Below are positions 56,336-64,000 of a stretch of 64,000 bases of DNA, one piece after another (positions within the stretch are counted from its first letter, which is position 1; every line of letters starts with the position of its first letter). A model generated the notes under the pieces. That model was given only the letters and a program-made list of their open reading frames with translations, had not been told where the DNA came from and did no database searches. The translations under genes and the position numbers were made by a program. The stretch is from Reyranella sp. (GTDB taxonomy: Bacteria > Pseudomonadota > Alphaproteobacteria > Reyranellales > Reyranellaceae), in the NCBI GenBank assembly GCA_046296475.1, contig JBKBLH010000023.1:24649-88648 (forward strand), written 5' to 3'.

Positions 56336-56893
56336 CTACTTCTTCTGCGCGCCCGGCAGGAAGTCGTCGAGCGGCACGCCGAAACTGTTGAGCGCCCACG
56401 AGACGAGATTGTACTGGCCCACCGTGAAGACGGCGTCCATGAGCTGCTCCGTCGAATAGGTCTTCGCGAGCGTCGCCCAGGTCTCGTCGGAGGCGACCGA
56501 GTTCTCGAAGAGATCGTCGGCGAGCTGCATGAGCGCGGCCTCGTGCTCGTTCCAGCCCTTGGCCTTGGGCCCTTCCTTGAGGTTGGCGATGTCGGCATCG
56601 CTGACGCCGCCCCTCTTGGCGATCAACTCGTGCTGCGCGAACTCGTACTCCGCCTGGTTCAGCCAGCCGATTCGCAGGATCAGCAACTCGCGATCGCGGA
56701 ACGGCAGCGTCTGCTTGGACAGGATGTGGCCGGCGAACGGCGTCCAGCGCTTCGTCAGCGCGGGGTGATTGGCCATCACCTTGAAAATGTTGAACACCTG
56801 CCCGTTCATGGCGTTCTTCTCGATCGCCTCGCGATCCTCCGCCTTCATGGTCGAGAGGTCACGCATCGGAATACGCTGCTTGCGCTTGATCAC
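56336..56893 (-). CDS. carboxymuconolactone decarboxylase (AhpD-like) family protein
   Basis: 185-aa ORF (…FKVMANHPALTKRWTPFAGHIL…RELLILRIGWLNQAEYEFAQH…). The start could be a later in-frame ATG. Confidence 0.75.
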   Translation of the reverse strand: MIKRKQRIPMRDLSTMKAEDREAIEKNAMNGQVFNIFKVMANHPALTKRWTPFAGHILSKQTLPFRDRELLILRIGWLNQAEYEFAQHELIAKRGGVSDADIANLKEGPKAKGWNEHEAALMQLADDLFENSVASDETWATLAKTYSTEQLMDAVFTVGQYNLVSWALNSFGVPLDDFLPGAQKK

Positions 56894-56959
56894 CGTTTTC
56901 CTCCTTGTCGGTCCCGACTGGACTAACGGTCCCTCCGGCGACCGACAAGGCGAAAGACA

Positions 56960-57154
56960 CTATTCGGCGCGCAGGCTTTCGCGCGGCGGCTGGAGCTTCG
57001 CCGCAGCGAGCTTCGCCTGGCCCGGCGTGCTGAACTGGTGGCCTTCCAATTCGAAGAACGGACGGGTGAAGGCATGGAAACGGAACGCGTTGCCTTCCTT
57101 GAGGACGACGCCGGCGGGCTTTCCCCAGATTTCGACGACGAAGGGCTCGGGCAT
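56960..57154 (-). CDS. small hypothetical protein (64 aa)
   Basis: ATG 57154 is preceded by AAGGAG with about 7-nt spacing. The sequence is MPEPFVVEIWGKPAGVVLKEGNAFRFHAFTRPFFELEGHQFSTPGQAKLAAAKL…. I recognise no family. Confidence 0.45.
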   Translation of the reverse strand: MPEPFVVEIWGKPAGVVLKEGNAFRFHAFTRPFFELEGHQFSTPGQAKLAAAKLQPPRESLRAE

Positions 57155-57222
57155 GGCGCAGTCTCCTTCAGGCTCAAGTATCTGCGATCCGCTCTCAGAT
57201 GGTGTCGACAGGGGAGAAGACA

Positions 57223-57336
57223 ATGACCGGAACTGTCGAAACTACAGACGGTCACAGGAGAAGCTTCGCGTACGGCATCAATATGGCGGCAACGCTTTTC
57301 CCTGCTGGTGCAGCGCTCATCCTTGCTGAACAATGA
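57223..57336 (+). CDS. 37-codon upstream ORF resembling a stand-alone Tat signal peptide (speculative)
   Basis: ATG 57223 follows GGGGAG. The sequence is MTGTVETTDGHRRSFAYGINMAATLFPAGAALILAEQ*. It is below the ORF-track length cut-off and in a different frame from the downstream gene. Confidence 0.2.
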   Translation: MTGTVETTDGHRRSFAYGINMAATLFPAGAALILAEQ

Positions 57337-57343
57337 CACTCCA

Positions 57344-58261
57344 ATGTCACGCACCCTCACCCGCTCCCGCTTCATGGGAATCGCCGCCAGTGCCGGCCTG
57401 CTCGTTGCAGGCGACGGCGCCGCGCAGACGGGAGTCCGCATGCATCAGCGCAAGATACCGTCATCGGACGAGATGCTGCCGGTCGTCGGAGTGGGCACGT
57501 GGCGAACCTTCGACGTCGGCGCAAAGCCCGAGGATCGCGCACCACTTGCAGAGGTGTTGCGGCTGCTGTTCGCAGCCGGTGGCTCGGTGATCGACACTTC
57601 ACCGATGTATGGGTCGGCCGAAGCCGTGATCGGCGACCTTCTGTCCGCCGCCGGGACGCGCTCCAGGGCCTTCATCGCCACCAAGGTCTGGACCACCGGC
57701 CGCGACAGGGGCGTCGCGCAGATGCGCAACTCGATGCGCCTGCTCGAGACCGACCGCATCGACCTGATGCAGATTCACAATCTCGTGGACTGGCGCGCCC
57801 ATCTGCCGACCTTGCAGGCATGGAAGGCGGAGGGCCGAATCCGCTATCTCGGCATCACCCATTACACGCAGAGCGCCCACGACGAGCTGGAAAGCGTGAT
57901 GCGGGCGGAGAAGTGGGATTTCGTGCAGATCAACTACGCGCTCGACGATCGCGCCGTCGAACGCCGGCTGCTGCCGCTGGCCGCGGAGCGCGGCATCGCC
58001 GTGATCGTGAACCAGCCTTTCGGCGGCGGCGGACTGCTGCGCAAGCTGATGAGCCGCAAGCTGCCCTCCTGGGCGGGCGAGATCGGCGCGACGAGCTGGG
58101 CGCAGCTCCTGCTGAAGTTCGTATTGGCGAACCCCGCGGTCACCTGCGTCATCCCCGGCACCGGCAAACCGGAACACATGGCGGACAATCTGCGGGCGGG
58201 CTTCGGCGTCTATCCCGACGCAGCGCTGCTCAGGAAGATGGTGGCAGAGATCGCCGTCTAA
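57344..58261 (+). CDS. aldo/keto reductase family oxidoreductase with signal-like N-terminus
   Basis: 305 aa from ATG 57344 (MSRTLTRSRFMGIAASAGLLVAGDGAAQ…). The AKR core is …IDTSPMYGSAE…IDLMQIHNL…YLGITHY…. The track ORF starts at GTG 57308. Confidence 0.82.
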   Translation: MSRTLTRSRFMGIAASAGLLVAGDGAAQTGVRMHQRKIPSSDEMLPVVGVGTWRTFDVGAKPEDRAPLAEVLRLLFAAGGSVIDTSPMYGSAEAVIGDLLSAAGTRSRAFIATKVWTTGRDRGVAQMRNSMRLLETDRIDLMQIHNLVDWRAHLPTLQAWKAEGRIRYLGITHYTQSAHDELESVMRAEKWDFVQINYALDDRAVERRLLPLAAERGIAVIVNQPFGGGGLLRKLMSRKLPSWAGEIGATSWAQLLLKFVLANPAVTCVIPGTGKPEHMADNLRAGFGVYPDAALLRKMVAEIAV

Positions 58262-59157
58262 CGGGGCAGTTCCGCCTCGATCCAGGCCGTTGCCGAGCCG
58301 TGCTTCGGCTGCCAGCCCAATTCGCTGCGCGCGCGCCGGGCGCGGACACGGCTGTTGGAGCCGAACGTATAGGCGGCGCTGTTCTCGCCGAGCTCCGTCG
58401 CGGCTTCCTCGAACGGCCAGACTTGTGGCTCGCCGAGATTCAGGCGACGCGCAATCGCCGCGCAGATCTCACGATACGAGGCCTCGCCGTTTTCGGCGAA
58501 GTAGAATGAGCCCGCCGGAGCCTTGGCGAGGGCCAAACGATAGAGGTCGGCTACATCCTCGACATGGACGTTCGACCAGATGTTCAGGCCCCGGCCGACA
58601 TGGCGCACCACGCCGGAAGCCTTGGCCCGCCTCGCCAGGCCGGGAATCTGGGCGCTGTCGCGCGCCAAGCCGAGGCCGTTGCCGTAGATCATGGTCGGAC
58701 AGACGACGATGGAGCGCACGCCGCGGCGGCTCGCGTCGCGGATCGCGCGGTCGATGGCGACGCGCGCCTGCTTGCCGGGTACGGGGTCGATCGGCGTATC
58801 CTCGTCGTAGATCCTCTCCGACGCGAAATCGCCACGGGCATCGTCGGCCACGATGCTGGAACCGCTGGTATGGATGAACGGCTTGTCCGAGCCGGCGAGG
58901 CCTTCGAGCAACGCGTCGACGGCACCGCGATGGTCGCTGTTGGCCGTGTTGATCACCGCGTCGGCGCGCCGGGCTTCGGCCTTGAGGATCGCCGCATCGT
59001 CGAGACTCCCGATCGCCGGCTCGACGCCGAAAGCAGCGAGTTTCCTGCCCTTCTCGGCATCGCGTACGAGCCCCCGCACTTCGTGCCCGTCGTCGAGCAG
59101 GCGACGCGCGATGGTGCCGCCGATATAGCCTGTCGCGCCGGTCATGAAGATGTTCAT
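58258..59157 (-). CDS. NAD-dependent epimerase/dehydratase (extended SDR / NmrA-like) family protein
   Basis: 299 aa with N-terminal motif MNIFMTGATGYIGGTIARRL. Confidence 0.82.
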   Translation of the reverse strand: MNIFMTGATGYIGGTIARRLLDDGHEVRGLVRDAEKGRKLAAFGVEPAIGSLDDAAILKAEARRADAVINTANSDHRGAVDALLEGLAGSDKPFIHTSGSSIVADDARGDFASERIYDEDTPIDPVPGKQARVAIDRAIRDASRRGVRSIVVCPTMIYGNGLGLARDSAQIPGLARRAKASGVVRHVGRGLNIWSNVHVEDVADLYRLALAKAPAGSFYFAENGEASYREICAAIARRLNLGEPQVWPFEEAATELGENSAAYTFGSNSRVRARRARSELGWQPKHGSATAWIEAELPR

Positions 59158-59167
59158 GTCGTTTCTC

Positions 59168-60247
59168 CTAGAGAGCCAGGGTCATCTGCGGCGACGCCGT
59201 GCGCTCCTCGCGCTGGTGCAGGTTATGGAGGGAGACGCCGAGCAGGCGCACCTTCTTCTCCAGGGGAAAGACGGATCGCACGAGCTCTCGTGCCGTGCGT
59301 TCCAGCAACTCGCGGCTTTCGACACCGTCCTCGAGGGTTCGGCTCCGGGTCACGATCCGGAAGTCGGCATACTTGATCTTGACCGTGACCGTGCGGCCGA
59401 CGATGCCGGTGCGCTCGCAGTAGGACCAGACATCCTCGAGCACCGAGGCGACGCCCTCCTCCACCGCTGCAGGCCGGTCGAGATCCTCCATGAAGGTCGT
59501 CTCCGAGCCGACCGACTTGCGCGGCCGGTTGGGCACGACGCGACGCTCGTCGTGGCCGCGCGCGATGGCGTGATAGTAGGTGCCGAAGCGCCCGAAATAC
59601 TGCTGCAGGAACTCGAGCGTCTGAGCCTTGAGGTCTGCGCCGGTATGGATGCCGAGCCGGTTCATCTTTTCCGCCGTCTTCGGACCGACGCCGTGGAAGC
59701 GGCCGACCGGCAGTCCTTCCACGAAGGCCGGCCCCTTCTCCGGCGGGATCACCGTCTGGCCGTTGGGCTTGCGATGATCGGAGGCGAGCTTGGCCAGGAA
59801 CTTGTTGTAGGAAATGCCGGCCGACGCGGTGAGGCCCGTGCGCTCCAGGATACGCGCCCGGATCTCGCGCGCGATCTCCGAGGCGAGCGGCATGCCCTTG
59901 AGATTGGTCGTGACGTCGAGATAGGCCTCATCGAGGGAGAGGGGCTCCACCAGCGGCGTATAGTCGAGGAAGATCTCGCGGATCTGGCGCGACACTTCCT
60001 TGTAGACCTCGAAGCGCGGCTTCACGAACAGCAGTTCCGGACAGAGGCGCTTCGCGGTGACGGAAGGCATCGCCGAGCGCACGCCGAACTTTCGCGCCTC
60101 GTAGCTGGCCGCCATCACGACGCCGCGCTGCCGGCCGCCGACCGCAACCGGCTGGCCCCGCAGCGAGGGATCGTCGCGCTGCTCCACGGACGCATAGAAG
60201 GCGTCCATATCGACGTGGATGATCTTGCGGATCGTGTTTTCCGCCAT
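59168..60247 (-). CDS. dinB: DNA polymerase IV (Y-family)
   Basis: 359 aa from ATG 60247 (MAENTIRKIIHVDMDAFYASVEQRDDPSLRGQPVAVGG…SLDEAYLDVT…). Confidence 0.93.
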   Translation of the reverse strand: MAENTIRKIIHVDMDAFYASVEQRDDPSLRGQPVAVGGRQRGVVMAASYEARKFGVRSAMPSVTAKRLCPELLFVKPRFEVYKEVSRQIREIFLDYTPLVEPLSLDEAYLDVTTNLKGMPLASEIAREIRARILERTGLTASAGISYNKFLAKLASDHRKPNGQTVIPPEKGPAFVEGLPVGRFHGVGPKTAEKMNRLGIHTGADLKAQTLEFLQQYFGRFGTYYHAIARGHDERRVVPNRPRKSVGSETTFMEDLDRPAAVEEGVASVLEDVWSYCERTGIVGRTVTVKIKYADFRIVTRSRTLEDGVESRELLERTARELVRSVFPLEKKVRLLGVSLHNLHQREERTASPQMTLAL

Positions 60248-60290
60248 GGCCGGAGTATAGGCCGGTCCCGGGCCGGGGTCCCCGGGTGGC

Positions 60291-61649
60291 TCACGCCGGG
60301 CGGGCGGGCCGCAGCCGAAGCGTGAAGACCGCGCCGCCCCCGGGCCGGTCGTCGACCGAGATGGTGCCGCCGTGCGCGGCGGCAACGCGGGTCACGATGG
60401 CCAGCCCCAACCCGCGGCTCTCGGGCCGCGCCCGGTCGCGCCGCCAGAAGCGCCTGAAGATCGTCTCGCGCTCGGCGGGCGGCACGCCAGGACCCTGGTC
60501 CAGCACCCGGACAGTTGCGTCCGCCGAGACATCGACTTCGATCGCCCCGCCGGCTGGCGTGTGACGGATGGCGTTCTCGAGAAGATTGCGGACAGCCCGG
60601 AACAGCGCCTCGGCATGGCCATGCACCCATACCGGCGTCTCGGCGCCAGTCAGGGCAATCGTCCTGTCGCTGTCGACCACCAGCGGCGCCATGAAGGCGA
60701 CCGCCTCGGAACAGACGTTCTGAAGATCCGCCCGGGAGTGGCCGTCCACCACGAGCACCTCGAGTTCGGCGATGTCGAGAACCTGATTTACCGTGCGCGT
60801 CATATTGACGATGTCGGTCTCCAGCGACCGGCGCAGCGCGGGATCCTCCATCGATTCGACCCGGGCCCGCATGATCGCCAGAGGGGTGCGCAGTTCGTGC
60901 GCCATGTCGGCGGTGAATTCGCGCTGGGCGCGGAATCCCGCCTCCAGCCGGTCGAGCGCCTGGTTGACCGCGTGCACCAGCGGCACGATCTCGGTCGGCA
61001 TCGACTGCTCCGACAGGCGGACATCGGTGCGGGTCGGCCCGATCGATGCCGCCGTTTCCGAAGCGGCGCGCACCGGATCGAGCGCGCGACGGAAGATCAT
61101 GATGTCGATCAGCAGCAGCAACAGCAGGATCGGGAAGGTGATCCAGGCGACGCGCGGCAGGAACGAGGCGACGATATCGTCGATGATCACGTCGCGGTGC
61201 GCCAGGTCCTGTCCGACCTGAATCAAGTAGGGACGGTCGCCGATGGTGCGTGAAACGTTCACGCCGATCAGCGCCGGACCCTTGTTGCGCCGCGCGAACG
61301 GGTCTCTGGTCAGCGAATCGTCGGCCGCCGAAATCGGGGCCTCGTCCGGACGCGAGGAGAACAGCACGCGCCCGCTCGAATCGAGGATGGCATATGCATA
61401 GAGGGCGTAGTCGCCGGAATAGATGGGCTGCGCCTCCTGCGGAATATCGAGCGTGACACCGCCATCGGGCGTCGGTTGCAGGAAGCTCGCGATCGTGAGG
61501 GCCTGGGCGCGCAGCGCATCGCGGTGCAGGCTGTTGGCCGCCTCGTTGAGGAGCCAGTAGAGCGCCAATGGGATCAGGATCGAAGCGACGCCGATCGCCA
61601 CGACATGCAGCGCGACCACACGCGAGAGGATCGACCGGAAGCGCTTCAA
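60291..61649 (-). CDS. sensor histidine kinase (two TM segments, HAMP, HisKA, HATPase_c)
   Basis: 452 aa with H-box FTADMAHELRTPL, N-box NLLENAIRHT and G-box GLGLAIV. It overlaps the response-regulator gene by 4 nt. Confidence 0.9.
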   Translation of the reverse strand: MKRFRSILSRVVALHVVAIGVASILIPLALYWLLNEAANSLHRDALRAQALTIASFLQPTPDGGVTLDIPQEAQPIYSGDYALYAYAILDSSGRVLFSSRPDEAPISAADDSLTRDPFARRNKGPALIGVNVSRTIGDRPYLIQVGQDLAHRDVIIDDIVASFLPRVAWITFPILLLLLLIDIMIFRRALDPVRAASETAASIGPTRTDVRLSEQSMPTEIVPLVHAVNQALDRLEAGFRAQREFTADMAHELRTPLAIMRARVESMEDPALRRSLETDIVNMTRTVNQVLDIAELEVLVVDGHSRADLQNVCSEAVAFMAPLVVDSDRTIALTGAETPVWVHGHAEALFRAVRNLLENAIRHTPAGGAIEVDVSADATVRVLDQGPGVPPAERETIFRRFWRRDRARPESRGLGLAIVTRVAAAHGGTISVDDRPGGGAVFTLRLRPARPA

Positions 61650-62329
61650 ACAGCCGCCTTTTCCTCGGACAACAGATAGCCGACACCGCGAACGGTGTGG
61701 ATCTTCACGGTCGCGCCGCAGTCCGACAGCATCTTGCGCAGACGGTGGACATAGACCTCGACCGCGTTCGAGCCGACATCGCCTGACAGGCCGAAGAGCT
61801 GGTCCTCGAATAGGCGCTTGGGAACCACGTTGCCGCCGCGCCGCAGCAGGATCTCGAGGATCGCCGTTTCGCGGGCGGCAAAGACCCGCAGCTTGCCGTC
61901 GACGAAGACCTGCCGTCCTTCGGTCTCCAGCGAGACGTTTCCGAAGGAGAGCTGGCGGCCCAGCAGGTTGCCGGGCCGGCGCAGCAGCGCCTGAAGGCGC
62001 GCGACCAGTTCCTCCATGGCGAAGGGCTTTACGAGGTAGTCGTCGGCGCCCGCCCTGAGGCCGTTCACCCGGTCGCTTACCCCGTCGCGCGCCGTGAGGA
62101 CGAGGATCGGCGTCGAATCACCACGGCTGCGGATGCTGCGCAGCAGCGACAGCCCGTCCTGGTCGGGCAGACCGAGGTCGAGAACGATCGCCGCGTAGCG
62201 CATGGCGGCCAGCGAATGCGCGGCATCGCCGGCGCTCGCCACCGCATCCGCCGAGAAGCCGCTGCGCGCCAGGCCCTTGACCAACAAGCTGACGAGTTCG
62301 TCGTTGTCCTCGACGAGAAGGACCCTCAT
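61646..62329 (-). CDS. OmpR/PhoB-family response regulator
   Basis: 227 aa with a receiver domain (MRVLLVEDNDEL…IVLDLGLPDQDG…) and a winged-helix output (…VEVYVHRLRKML…TVRGVGYLL). Confidence 0.92.
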   Translation of the reverse strand: MRVLLVEDNDELVSLLVKGLARSGFSADAVASAGDAAHSLAAMRYAAIVLDLGLPDQDGLSLLRSIRSRGDSTPILVLTARDGVSDRVNGLRAGADDYLVKPFAMEELVARLQALLRRPGNLLGRQLSFGNVSLETEGRQVFVDGKLRVFAARETAILEILLRRGGNVVPKRLFEDQLFGLSGDVGSNAVEVYVHRLRKMLSDCGATVKIHTVRGVGYLLSEEKAAV

Positions 62330-62448
62330 GGGCCGTCCACGCTCCCTGGAAGAATCCTGCAGTGGACAACCCTAGCACGGCCGGCACCGACCGGGCGCCA
62401 GAGTATCGTCGTCTTGACCACCGGCCGAGCGGCCCCGAAAAGGGGGCG

Positions 62449-63243
62449 ATGCCCTCCGAAGACGCATTCATCGATCTCGGCGACCGCCGTCTGCGCGTGC
62501 GCCGCCTCACGCCGGCGCAGGACGACGGGCTCGACCGTACGGTGCTGGTCTTCCTGCATGAAGGGCTGGGCTGCATCGAGATGTGGCGCGACTTCCCCCA
62601 GAAGCTGTGCGACGCCACGCGCTGCGGCGGCATCGTCTACGACCGCACCGGCTATGGACGGTCGAGCGCCTGGCCGACGGATCCCGGCCTCCGCTACATG
62701 GAAATCGAGGCCGACCTCGTCCTGCCGCGCCTGCTGAGGGCACTGGGCGTCGAAGATTGTGTGCTGGTCGGCCACAGCGACGGCGGCACGATCGCGCTGA
62801 ATTATGCCGCCGCCGACCCCGAGCCGCTGCGCGCCGTCGTGACCCTGGCGGCGCACGCGGTCAACGAGCCGATCTGCGTCGAGGCGATCACCCAGGCCCG
62901 CGCGGCCTTCGCCTCGGGGGACCTGCGCCAGAGACTCGCGAAGTATCACGACGATGTCGACGGCGCCTTCCATCTCTGGGCCGATGCCTGGGTGGCGCCG
63001 GGCTTCGAGCCCATGGACGCCAATGCCCGGCTGCCGGGAGTCGTGGTCCCGGTGCAGGCGATCCAGGGCGAGGACGACGAATATGGCAGCGAACTGCAGC
63101 TCGGGATCATCGCCGGCAAGGTCGGCGGCTACTGCGAGACGCGGCTTGTGCCGGACTGCGGCCACAGCCCGCACCTGCAGCGGCCGGCCCAGGTCCTCGC
63201 GGAAATCACCCGTTTCGTGTCGCCGCTGGCGCTGCTCGGCTGA
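62449..63243 (+). CDS. alpha/beta hydrolase fold protein
   Basis: 264 aa from ATG 62449 with nucleophile elbow VGHSDGG and a C-terminal …PDCGHSPHLQ… His region. Confidence 0.82.
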   Translation: MPSEDAFIDLGDRRLRVRRLTPAQDDGLDRTVLVFLHEGLGCIEMWRDFPQKLCDATRCGGIVYDRTGYGRSSAWPTDPGLRYMEIEADLVLPRLLRALGVEDCVLVGHSDGGTIALNYAAADPEPLRAVVTLAAHAVNEPICVEAITQARAAFASGDLRQRLAKYHDDVDGAFHLWADAWVAPGFEPMDANARLPGVVVPVQAIQGEDDEYGSELQLGIIAGKVGGYCETRLVPDCGHSPHLQRPAQVLAEITRFVSPLALLG

Positions 63244-63251
63244 AGGCTGCG

Positions 63252-64000
63252 CTAAAGCCGCTTCAACTCGCTGGAGGCGGCCCAGTTCAGCTCGGAAACG
63301 GTGGGGCAGCGGGCCTGGGCGAGCTGGAATTGTTCGCGGGCGCGCTGCTTGTCGCCGCGGCGGACGGCGTCCATCCCCAGGAAAAAGGCCGCCGGGCACT
63401 TGCCGTTGGCGCGCTTGGCACCCTCGTCGGATTCCGCCGCGACCTCGAGTTCGCCGGCCGTGCCCTTGCCCATCAGGAACCTCAGGATCGGGCCCGGCCA
63501 TTCGTGCAGATCCTCGCCCCCGACGTCGCGCACCAGGGCCTTGCGGGCATCACGCCGGGCCCGAACCTGGGCGGCGTAGCGCCAGAGCAAGGGCGCCTGC
63601 TTTGACCTGAAATTGGGCCGGCCCGCCAGCGAGGAATCGAAGTCGTCGGCCGCCTGCCCATAGGCGCCGAGGTTGAAATTCGCATGGCCGCGGTAGAACA
63701 GCGCCGACCGCCGCTCGCCCGGCGTCTGGGCGTTGGCGAGGGCGGCATCGAGCAGGCCGACGGCCCGCTGGAAGTCGGCGATCTGCATGTAGACCTGCGC
63801 CTGCGCGATCGTCAGCGATGGATCGCCGGGCTTGCGCTGCAGTGCGCTGTCCAGGGTGCGCAGTGCCGCCGCCCGATCGCCGCCGCCCGCCAGGCCCGGC
63901 ATCGTGCTCGACAGCACGACCTGCCAGTCGCCCGGCAGGACCTTGCCCATCTCGGCGATGTCCTTCTGGCTGTCGGCCTCGCGGCCCAGGCGGCTCAGCT
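63252..64000 (-). CDS. tetratricopeptide-repeat protein (5' end probably beyond the window)
   Basis: The track ORF starts at ATG 63950, but the frame stays open to the window edge. The sequence is TPR-like (…AQAQVYMQIADFQRAVGLLDAALA…ALFYRGHANFNLGAYGQAADDF…). Confidence 0.6.
   Translation of the reverse strand, partial: LSRLGREADSQKDIAEMGKVLPGDWQVVLSSTMPGLAGGGDRAAALRTLDSALQRKPGDPSLTIAQAQVYMQIADFQRAVGLLDAALANAQTPGERRSALFYRGHANFNLGAYGQAADDFDSSLAGRPNFRSKQAPLLWRYAAQVRARRDARKALVRDVGGEDLHEWPGPILRFLMGKGTAGELEVAAESDEGAKRANGKCPAAFFLGMDAVRRGDKQRAREQFQLAQARCPTVSELNWAASSELKRL

Noticed and set aside
60248-60290. LexA/SOS box upstream of dinB
   Set aside because: No GTTC-N7-GTTC or GAAC-N7-GAAC motif, and no E. 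coli-type CTGT-N8-ACAG motif, is present in the 43-nt gap. This absence is reported as a finding rather than annotated as a site.

Overview
This is a high-GC chromosomal segment. Hand counts give 71/100 G+C at 34921-35020. It carries alphaproteobacterial hallmarks: an rpoN-ptsN pair, a dmeR-dmeF-type Co/Ni efflux pair, an Hsp20+DUF1150 pair behind a sigma-32-like promoter and a ROSE-like leader, an Irr/ICE-like box at katG, and gltD placed ahead of gltB. I support about 60 protein genes and one tRNA-Leu(CAG). I see no rRNA, CRISPR array, prophage, integrase or recognisable defence system.

Gene order:
- class IV aminotransferase, dmeRF, Trm112/DUF971, an FAD monooxygenase
- murJ, an AstE/AspA-type hydrolase, an MFS transporter, an orphan family-5 substrate-binding protein (SBP)
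- trpS, a heparinase II/III-like protein, hsp20-DUF1150
- ptsN, rpoN, an RNase D-like exonuclease, tRNA-Leu, an NDUFA9-like protein
- gltD-GST-tautomerase-gltB
- a DMT transporter, a crotonase, scoAB
- a REP-associated tyrosine transposase (RAYT), a SYLF protein
- the cobalamin nucleotide-loop genes (cobU, a methyltransferase, cobC-like, cobS, divergent cobT)
- an NTF2-like protein, a low-GC orphan gene, katG
- a ~17-kb uptake/catabolic island
- an AhpD-like protein, an aldo-keto reductase, an SDR-type protein
- dinB, a two-component system, an alpha/beta hydrolase, and a TPR protein cut by the window end

Most of the very long extra ORFs in the six-frame track are antisense artefacts of GC-rich DNA.

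I found no compelling evidence for a wholly new multi-gene system. The candidates most worth a second look are:
- the RAYT framed by a perfect 32-bp inverted repeat with extra REP hairpins
- a ~1-kb low-GC islet carrying a single orphan gene
- the duplicated FAD-oxidoreductase/SBP/amidase/M14-like island governed by a LysR regulator
- a translationally coupled methyltransferase inside the cob nucleotide-loop operon
- several long palindromic MITE/REP-like elements, one of them inside an ABC operon
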